Assembly: GCA_003345555.1 (NCBI GenBank)
Contig: PRDJ01000071.1
Coordinates: 1-6,070, forward strand
Reading direction: 5' to 3'
Source of the DNA: Candidatus Thorarchaeota archaeon
GTDB taxonomy: Archaea; Asgardarchaeota; Thorarchaeia; Thorarchaeales; Thorarchaeaceae
Length of the DNA: 6,070 nucleotides
How positions within the stretch are numbered: the stretch's first letter is position 1; each line of letters starts with the position of its first letter. Below, piece after piece: positions 1 to 5,359 of this stretch. The notes below the pieces were generated by a model that worked only from the letters and a program-made list of their open reading frames with translations, was not told the origin of the DNA and ran no database searches. The position numbers and the translations under genes were made by a program.

Positions 1-1
1 C

Positions 2-967
2 GACGAGGACAATGAGGTTATTCGTGAATGGGGTGGAAAGCCCGTTTTTGACTTCGATGTAAAGAGCCACGTTGATCTCCTAGATACCTTGGACGTTGGT
101 GATATCCCAAGAGCCGCCAAGATCTCCGGCGCAAGGTTCTACTTCCTGAAGAATGACTTGGTATTCCTTGACCTTGCTATGCAACAGATGGCACTCGACA
201 TTCTGTCCAAGAAGGGATTCACCCCGATATATCCGCCTTTCATGATTCACAGGGAACCGTATGAGGGTGTAACTGACCTCGCAGATTTCGAGGATGTAAT
301 GTACAAGGTGGAGGGCGAGGATCTCTATCTCATTGCAACTGCTGAACACCCGATTGCGGCTATGCACATGGGCGAGATATTCGAGCCAACAAGCCTTCCG
401 ATAAGGTACGCTGGAGTAAGTGCGTGCTTTAGGAAAGAAGCGGGAAGCCATGGCAAGGACACAAAGGGGATTTTCAGAGTACACCAGTTCAACAAGGTTG
501 AGCAGTTCGTATTCAGTCATCCGGACGAAACTTGGAGAGTTCATGAGGAATTGATTGGCAACGCCGAGGGATTCTTCCAGACACTCAAGATTCCATATAG
601 GGTCGTCAATGTATGCACAGGTGATATAGGCACTGTTGCTGCGAAGAAGTATGACCTGGAAACATGGATGCCGGGGCAGGGCGTGTACAGAGAGGCAGTC
701 TCCTGCAGTAACTGCACCGCATATCAAGCTACTAGGCTAGGCATAAAATATAGAATCAAGAAGGGCGGTCTTGAGAAAGGATACGTGCACACGTTGAATA
801 GCACAATGATGGCAAATCCAAGGGCTATCGTCGCTATAATGGAGAACCATCAAAGAGAGGATGGCAGCATACTGATTCCCACTGCGTTGCACAAGTACCT
901 GCCATCAGGGCTGAGAGAGATTGTTCCTAGGGCTAAGGCAGAAGTATCGACTATCTCGGATGAATGA
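2..967 (+). CDS. serS: Seryl-tRNA synthetase (canonical class II type), 5'-truncated by the window edge
   Basis: The frame is open from position 2 (DEDNEVIREWGGKPVFDFDVKSHVDLL...), so the ORF-track start at 89 is an internal codon. Motifs: AAKISGARFYFL, ATAEHP (TxE), motif 2 FRKEAGSHGKDTKGIFRVHQFNKVEQF, YREAVSCSNC, and motif 3 HTLNSTMMANPRAIVAIMEN. Stop TGA at 965-967. Confidence 0.98.
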   Translation, partial: DEDNEVIREWGGKPVFDFDVKSHVDLLDTLDVGDIPRAAKISGARFYFLKNDLVFLDLAMQQMALDILSKKGFTPIYPPFMIHREPYEGVTDLADFEDVMYKVEGEDLYLIATAEHPIAAMHMGEIFEPTSLPIRYAGVSACFRKEAGSHGKDTKGIFRVHQFNKVEQFVFSHPDETWRVHEELIGNAEGFFQTLKIPYRVVNVCTGDIGTVAAKKYDLETWMPGQGVYREAVSCSNCTAYQATRLGIKYRIKKGGLEKGYVHTLNSTMMANPRAIVAIMENHQREDGSILIPTALHKYLPSGLREIVPRAKAEVSTISDE

Positions 968-1102
968 GCCTGTTAGTCACTCATTGTACAAGGGAAGCAA
1001 GATCACGTTACACGCAAAGAAAGTGGCTGGCAAACGATTTCTGAGAGCGTCTTCATATCATGACCGAACCAAGTGCAGCAGTCTGTGCAGGAGAATCGAA
1101 GG

Positions 1103-1534
1103 CTACTTCTTGCAGTATGTGCCCATCATCTGAGCAGACTCGATTTTATGTTGTTCACACAGTTCCTGAAAGTTCTTCTTCGTAGCTCCCTTGAGAGATG
1201 GAACATCGAGCGCGTAAAGTGTCAAGAAGTACCTGTGTGTGCCCGAGGGCGGCGCGGGGCCACCCCACTTCTTCTCGCCAAAGTCGTTCGTTTCTTGCAC
1301 ACCAGGAACAGGCCCTCCAGCAGGTATGGATTTCGTCGTTGCTGATATGCTGTGGACCAGCCAGTGTATCCAGTTACCCACTGGAGCATCAGGATCGTTG
1401 CAGATCAACGCAAGACTCTTCGCGGTGGCAGGGACCTGATCCCATGCTAAATGTGGGCTGGAATTCGTCTTCCTGTACGCGCACTTATCGGGGATTGGTG
1501 CTCCTTGAGCAAAATCGTTGGACCACAGTTTCAA
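1103..1534 (-). CDS. YbhB/YbcL family Raf kinase inhibitor-like (PEBP) protein, 143 aa
   Basis: Family motifs: PHLAW, DPDAP..NWIHW, NDFG..WGGPAPPSGTHRYF.LYALD. The TTG start is supported by GAGGTGA (1541-1547, minus strand) 6 nt upstream. Confidence 0.95.
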   Translation of the reverse strand: MKLWSNDFAQGAPIPDKCAYRKTNSSPHLAWDQVPATAKSLALICNDPDAPVGNWIHWLVHSISATTKSIPAGGPVPGVQETNDFGEKKWGGPAPPSGTHRYFLTLYALDVPSLKGATKKNFQELCEQHKIESAQMMGTYCKK

Positions 1535-1540
1535 CTGCTC

Positions 1541-1547
1541 TCACCTC
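1541..1547 (-). promoter_or_regulatory. Shine-Dalgarno site GAGGTGA for the YbhB/YbcL gene
   Basis: Plus strand tcacctc; minus strand GAGGTGA-gagcag-TTG. Confidence 0.8.
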
Positions 1548-1590
1548 AGCTCAGTACATCGTACTCGTTGGCTCTACTTGTACTTCTGTT

Positions 1591-1602
1591 TTGTTGTTGT
1601 TG
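1591..1602. repeat. Short (TTG)4 / (CAA)4 tract in the divergent intergenic region
   Basis: ttgttgttgttg is seen directly. GTTGGCT also occurs twice nearby (1567-1573 and 1599-1605). Confidence 0.5.
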
Positions 1603-1619
1603 GCTGAATGTGCATTATG

Positions 1620-1625
1620 TTTAAA
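1620..1625 (+). promoter_or_regulatory. Candidate TATA box (TTTAAA) for the ferritin-like gene; palindromic, so it could also serve the divergent YbhB/YbcL gene
   Basis: TTTAAA lies 32 nt before the ATG at 1658, consistent with an archaeal promoter and a short leader. Confidence 0.55.
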
Positions 1626-1644
1626 GCCAGTCTGACATCTTGGC
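1626..1644 (+). promoter_or_regulatory. Candidate operator, copy 1 (GCCA-gtctgacatct-TGGC)
   Basis: 4-bp inverted arms with an 11-nt spacer, directly after the TATA-like box. Matches 4333-4351 at 12 of 19 positions. Confidence 0.35.
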
Positions 1645-1657
1645 CCTTGAACCGGCC

Positions 1658-2128
1658 ATGACAACTGTCCAGCAGTCCTTTGAAAGACTCGTTTCTCTCG
1701 CGATAGAAAGAGAGACAGAGACATATGAGTTCTATATGCAAGCCGCGAAGCGAGCCGAACTCTCATCGTCTGCGAAGCTACTGAAAGAACTCTCCGAACA
1801 GGAAGTGGGGCATCGAAAGAAGCTGGAAGCTGCATTCAAACAAGGTGTGTGTGGAACCTTTGTATGCAAGAGTGTAGCAGAGTTCAAGAAAATGGACCTT
1901 GACAGATATCTTGCTGAGGTACCACTGACACCTTCCTCATCACCTCAGGACGTACTGATTTTCGCTATCAAGAAGGAGGAGGCGGCACACGACTTCTATA
2001 AGACCCTTTCAGAACTGACCGCAGATCCATCAAACAAAGTAGTCTTCGAAACACTTGCAGGCGAAGAACTGAAGCACAAGCAGAGGCTTCAAGATCTCTA
2101 CGATGAGAAGATTCAGCAGTGGATGTGA
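1658..2128 (+). CDS. Ferritin-like di-iron protein of the rubrerythrin family, without a rubredoxin domain (~156 aa)
   Basis: Duplicated E...ExxH pattern (numbering from the ORF-track TTG at 1640): AIERE25..FY32..E55VGH58 and AIKKE113..FY120..E143LKH146. The ATG at 1658 is preferred over TTG 1640 because of the TATA position. There is no C-terminal CxxC...CxxC domain. Confidence 0.92.
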   Translation: MTTVQQSFERLVSLAIERETETYEFYMQAAKRAELSSSAKLLKELSEQEVGHRKKLEAAFKQGVCGTFVCKSVAEFKKMDLDRYLAEVPLTPSSSPQDVLIFAIKKEEAAHDFYKTLSELTADPSNKVVFETLAGEELKHKQRLQDLYDEKIQQWM

Positions 2129-2142
2129 AGCAGTCAGCTCAT

Positions 2143-2186
2143 ACCTACTGCTAGGTCGCCCTCGTCAGTTAGACGATAGGCTTTGT
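2143..2186. terminator. Possible terminator region between convergent genes
   Basis: Two weak hairpins (accta-ctgc-taggt at 2143-2156; gccctcgtc-agtta-gacgataggc at 2158-2181) followed by tttgt, in a 65-bp convergent gap. Confidence 0.3.
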
Positions 2187-2193
2187 ATAATGA

Positions 2194-3474
2194 CTAGTCT
2201 CTGTGGAGGTGAGGGGCGGCTATGAATGTCAGACCCCGCTTCGTCAGCTCCTCTGCCGTTCTGTTGACTGCTCTATGCTTGTCCATGTAGTTCTGAGTCA
2301 CCAGCGGCATTTCACCCTTCTGCTCAATTTCGTTCTTCTCCCTGAAATAGTCCAATATGTCGCTCGGATGAGAACGAGTGGAATCTATTTCGGGTACCCC
2401 GCCTTCGTGTTTCGCACTGATGTTCTTCACATGATTAGCAAGCTCCAGTAGCTGTGGGAGTCTGTCGTAAGGCTGACGTACGATGCTCTTGTATGTCTCA
2501 GTTATGTGATGTTCAATACGTACTACGTCTTCGAAGCCGAATTTCTTGCGGACATAGGCAGCTAGCTCTATCGTCTCGCTATTCACGCTATTTGAGAGAT
2601 TGAATCCTATCAGAGGAGTCGTACCATCGTCCCTACTGAATAGCTTGGCTGTCATCATTGTCCATAGGCATGAGAAGGGATTGTCGTTGCCCGTGAAGAC
2701 AGAGATTTTGAATTCCATATCAATGCCTAGCTTGTGCATGAGGTACGCAGCTAGAATGCTCCCGTTATTTACGTTGAGAACTTGCTTCACACCATAAGCA
2801 GTGTAATACTGAAGGTACTCGTCAGCCCATTTCAGGGGATACTCATTGGGCATACCTACACCACCGAAATAGCCCGTGATTGTCTCAGGGCCGCCCAAGT
2901 GAACATTCGCGGGAGCTCCATCGGGCCCCGGCAAGGTTCCCTTTGTATCCAGAGTCTCCACGTAAGAAGACCCCACGATCTGCATTGCGGCGGCGAAAGC
3001 AATAACATCGTCATCAGCTGTCTGCTCTTTCATGTTGCGAACACGTATGAAACGTCCAGGCATCAGCTCTCGATGGGCAATTGCCTCGCGTGCCTCTTCA
3101 ATGACCCAAGAGAAGTATTGACACGCGCTTATTTCCAGGGTCACGGCAAAGCTTTCGTCGAAGGCCATGGAGTCGGCCTTGTTGCCAAGCACCTTGCGGC
3201 GGTACTCGGGAATCGTGATGAAAGCACCGTCATCGCGCTGCTTTTCCAACCACCGCAGATCCCTAATAAGTGGGGACCTCTTCGATTCTAGTCTTGCGAT
3301 TAGCACATCCAGCTTGCGTGCTTCCTTCGCTCGTCGGTTTATTTCGTCGGGTCCACCATACTTCTCTATGAGATCGAGTATGCCATTGACAAGCGGGTTA
3401 TTCACTTCAAGCAAGAAATCGTTTATTGCACTCAGTCTCTTGGAATCAATTCTCAGCTTCTTTCTGTCTGTCAT
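2194..3474 (-). CDS. Uncharacterised 426-aa protein: helical N-terminal ~110 aa plus a predicted (beta/alpha)8 barrel, possibly U32-like
   Basis: A long ORF that tiles between its neighbours, with an ATG start and a weak upstream GAAGGT. There are eight short hydrophobic strands, each followed by an amphipathic helix. No function can be assigned from the sequence. Confidence 0.85.
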   Translation of the reverse strand: MTDRKKLRIDSKRLSAINDFLLEVNNPLVNGILDLIEKYGGPDEINRRAKEARKLDVLIARLESKRSPLIRDLRWLEKQRDDGAFITIPEYRRKVLGNKADSMAFDESFAVTLEISACQYFSWVIEEAREAIAHRELMPGRFIRVRNMKEQTADDDVIAFAAAMQIVGSSYVETLDTKGTLPGPDGAPANVHLGGPETITGYFGGVGMPNEYPLKWADEYLQYYTAYGVKQVLNVNNGSILAAYLMHKLGIDMEFKISVFTGNDNPFSCLWTMMTAKLFSRDDGTTPLIGFNLSNSVNSETIELAAYVRKKFGFEDVVRIEHHITETYKSIVRQPYDRLPQLLELANHVKNISAKHEGGVPEIDSTRSHPSDILDYFREKNEIEQKGEMPLVTQNYMDKHRAVNRTAEELTKRGLTFIAAPHLHRD

Positions 3475-3536
3475 TCGAAGACCTTCACACTTGGCATATG
3501 TGGATTCCTGGCGAGAGAGGCAGAAGGATGCGTCCA

Positions 3537-3542
3537 GATAAA
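3537..3542 (-). promoter_or_regulatory. Weak TATA-like element (TTTATC) upstream of the 426-aa gene
   Basis: Minus strand cagaatcg-TTTATC-tgg, about 62 nt before the ATG at 3474. Confidence 0.3.
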
Positions 3543-3550
3543 CGATTCTG

Positions 3551-3568
3551 AAAAAGAGACCTAGGTCT
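3551..3568 (-). terminator. Candidate terminator after the ECF S gene: perfect 12-bp palindrome plus a U5 tract
   Basis: AGACCTAGGTCT (3557-3568) is self-complementary. On the minus strand it is followed by CTTTTTC, about 20 nt after the stop at 3588. Confidence 0.45.
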
Positions 3569-3587
3569 GTCGGTCAAAATGGGGCCA

Positions 3588-4124
3588 TCACCCAAGTTGT
3601 CTAAGGTGGTCTCTAAGAACGGGACCAACGGCAGCGGCAACGAGAACACCGACAGTGACCTGTATTGAGTTGACACCCACAAGTTCGAGCAGGGCTGGAC
3701 CAATTCCAAGCATTAACAGCCAAGTCTCGCCTACGAAGTACCCTGTGAGCATTACAACTGCACCGCATACCAATGCGAGAGCGTCTCTAGCTCGCAATCT
3801 CTTGCTTGGCTCTTTGCTGCGGCTGACCAGAGCAATAACTAGCCCCTCACAGCCCTTGACTATGAGAGTGATCGGTGCATACTGAGGTGCCACAACAGCA
3901 TCGACCATTGCAGAACCAACTCCGCCGACAAAGAATGCTCCCGCCGGACCTAACATGAGCCCGCTGGTCATTACAACAGTGTCGCCAATATTTAGATAGC
4001 CACTCGTTGTCGGAAATGGAATCACCAAGACTGCAGTGACTGCTGTCGTCAACGCAGTTAGTACTCCTATGAGGGCAATGTAGAACACCGGATTCTGCTT
4101 TTCCGGAGCTGAGTACTCTTCCAT
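3588..4124 (-). CDS. ECF transporter S (substrate-binding) component, COG4720/HmpT-PdxU2-like group; substrate unknown
   Basis: 178 aa, about six hydrophobic segments. Family motifs: IPFP..SGYLNIGD, GGVGSAMVD, YAPITLIVKGCEG, plus an AxxxA in helix 1 (ALTTA). ATG start with GTGAGGA (4134-4140) upstream. Confidence 0.92.
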   Translation of the reverse strand: MEEYSAPEKQNPVFYIALIGVLTALTTAVTAVLVIPFPTTSGYLNIGDTVVMTSGLMLGPAGAFFVGGVGSAMVDAVVAPQYAPITLIVKGCEGLVIALVSRSKEPSKRLRARDALALVCGAVVMLTGYFVGETWLLMLGIGPALLELVGVNSIQVTVGVLVAAAVGPVLRDHLRQLG

Positions 4125-4203
4125 CCCCAGCGTTCCTCACTTCAAATCTGCCTTTCGAAAAAGAGCCTATATCGTGCTCCCGGCAGGAGCGCCTATTAGT
4201 TCG

Positions 4204-4211
4204 CATATAAG
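4204..4211 (-). promoter_or_regulatory. Candidate TATA box (CTTATATG) for the ECF S gene
   Basis: Plus strand catataag. It is the best TATA-like match on the minus strand within ~100 nt of the ATG. Confidence 0.5.
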
Positions 4212-4318
4212 CGTGAGCCTGTCAGCCGACTTTGATAGATGCATTGTCATGTCTGGTTGATGTGCTTGCGGCCCTGTTCAATTGTGTCAAGTGGTGAAGT
4301 ATTTTAGCAAGCGTTCAC

Positions 4319-4326
4319 GTATATAC
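4319..4326 (+). promoter_or_regulatory. Candidate TATA box (GTATATAC) for the SOR gene
   Basis: TATATA at 4320-4325, about 52 nt before the ATG. A GAGGT ribosome-binding site lies at 4366-4370, 7 nt before the ATG. Confidence 0.55.
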
Positions 4327-4332
4327 TCTCTG

Positions 4333-4351
4333 GGCAGTCTGAATGTGTGCC
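4333..4351 (+). promoter_or_regulatory. Candidate operator, copy 2 (GGCA-gtctgaatgtg-TGCC)
   Basis: Inverted arms (5 bp if G4332/C4352 are included) with an 11-nt spacer, between the TATA box and the expected start site. Shares CAGTCTGA with 1626-1644. Confidence 0.35.
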
Positions 4352-4377
4352 CGGCTCAAATGTAAGAGGTAGATAGA

Positions 4378-4767
4378 ATGTCCAAGAATTGGATGCAGAC
4401 GGCAGACTGGAAGACCGAGAAACATGTGCCAGTCATAGAAGCGCCAGATGTCGTGAAGAAAGGGGACCTAGTAAAGGTTTCAGTCACTGTTGGCAAACAG
4501 ATCCCGCACCCCAATGTGACTGAGCACCACATCTCTTGGGTTGATTTGTTCTTTTGGCCCGAAGGTGACAAATTCCCGATGGAAATCGGATACATGACTT
4601 TCGACACTCATGGGGAATCCACACAAGGTCCGAATACAGGTTCGCTGTATTCAGAGCCTCAAGCCGTATTCGCGTTCAAGATAACAAAGGCTGGGACCTT
4701 GATGGCGACTTCATACTGCAATATTCACGGTCTCTGGAAGAGCGACAAAGAGATTAAAATCAAGTAG
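4378..4767 (+). CDS. sor: Superoxide reductase-like protein (neelaredoxin type, class II SORL / desulfoferrodoxin ferrous-iron-binding domain), 129 aa
   Basis: Complete Fe(His)4Cys ligand set: E14-K15-H16, H44-P, H50, C114-N-I-H117-GLW. It carries the FPMEIG..FDTHGES..GPN insert that I recall from class II SORL proteins. There is no N-terminal desulforedoxin domain. Confidence 0.95.
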   Translation: MSKNWMQTADWKTEKHVPVIEAPDVVKKGDLVKVSVTVGKQIPHPNVTEHHISWVDLFFWPEGDKFPMEIGYMTFDTHGESTQGPNTGSLYSEPQAVFAFKITKAGTLMATSYCNIHGLWKSDKEIKIK

Positions 4768-4785
4768 TACAAAGTACTGATGGGA

Positions 4786-4826
4786 CAAGGCCTGCCCCAA
4801 GAGCAGGCCTTGGCTCCAATTTTCTT
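4786..4826 (+). terminator. Hairpin terminator downstream of sor
   Basis: Perfect 10-bp stem CAAGGCCTGC (4786-4795) / GCAGGCCTTG (4803-4812) with a 7-nt loop, followed by AATTTTCTT, 18 nt after the stop. Confidence 0.7.
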
Positions 4827-4866
4827 ACTTGATACTATGCCCGAGGAAGTTCAGCCTATAGCGTGG

Positions 4867-5187
4867 CTACTGCTTGCCACGAGACGACTTCGCTCGGCCA
4901 GAACGCTTTCCCGGGCCCTTGATGGGTTTTGTGCCGGGAACGGCAGTCGATTCCTCGCTCCGAAGATTAGCTTTCCAGATAGTATGACCATCAGTAAGCC
5001 CCATTGCCGTCATGTGCTTACCTAGGTTTGCAGCAAAGATCCCTGAGCCGTAGTCAGCAGAGACCGCTTCCCAAGGATATATGGCAGAAAGCTCATACTG
5101 GGTCCCGTCATCTGTGGTTATCACATAACGATTCATGATCCTGGATATCAAGCCCGTGATTGACACATCTTTCATGCTGCTGCTCAA
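4867..5187 (-). CDS. Hypothetical protein (~106 aa), beta-rich OB-fold-like core with a Lys/Arg/Gly/Pro-rich tail
   Basis: Part of ORF 4867..5244. The start is reassigned to TTG 5187 because AGGTGA (5193-5198) lies 5 nt upstream; ATG 5175 is the alternative. The pattern VSITGLISR / YVITTDDG / YELS / G.HMTAMG / TIWKANL fits a five-stranded barrel. Confidence 0.7.
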   Translation of the reverse strand: MSSSMKDVSITGLISRIMNRYVITTDDGTQYELSAIYPWEAVSADYGSGIFAANLGKHMTAMGLTDGHTIWKANLRSEESTAVPGTKPIKGPGKRSGRAKSSRGKQ

Positions 5188-5359
5188 TACTCTCACCTGC
5201 CGGAACGACATACAGGCTCTCTTTAGACATTGGACAGATTGCATGCATCAGTGGGAGATATGCGTTTCCTGTGTTATGTCGCCCGAGGGGAAGTGAGTGA
5301 TAGACATTCGAATGAGAATCCTGAGGACTTCTGAAAGAAAGCTATCGGGCAAAGCCCAT

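Noticed and set aside
80-727. 215-aa minus-strand ORF
   Set aside because: Antisense shadow of serS, with no recognisable motifs.
965-985. TGA of serS followed by a hairpin, as possible selenocysteine recoding or readthrough
   Set aside because: The frame reaches TAG after two more codons (GCC TGT TAG), the protein is already complete, and the hairpin is weak and not SECIS-like.
1554-1605. CAA-rich leader and GTAC/GTTGGCT repeats upstream of the PEBP gene, as a translational enhancer or array
   Set aside because: Too short and irregular, with no constant repeat-spacer period. Compatible with low-complexity intergenic sequence.
921-1835. Overlapping ORFs 921..1133, 1073..1345, 1198..1635, 1239..1439 (+) and 1551..1835 (-)
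   Set aside because: They overlap serS, the PEBP gene or the ferritin-like gene, which are well supported, and have no motifs or ribosome-binding sites.
2203-3885. Plus-strand ORFs 2203..2451, 2600..2797, 2782..3291, 3167..3541, 3655..3885 and minus-strand 3485..3709
   Set aside because: Antisense or off-frame shadows of the 426-aa and ECF S genes.
4125-4377. Known riboswitch, tRNA or CRISPR array in the largest intergenic region
   Set aside because: No TPP/FMN/B12 consensus, cloverleaf or spaced direct repeats were visible on either strand.
3847-5025. ORFs 3847..4206 (-), 4356..4607 (-) and 4780..5025 (+)
   Set aside because: They overlap confident genes or a terminator hairpin and have no protein-like motifs.
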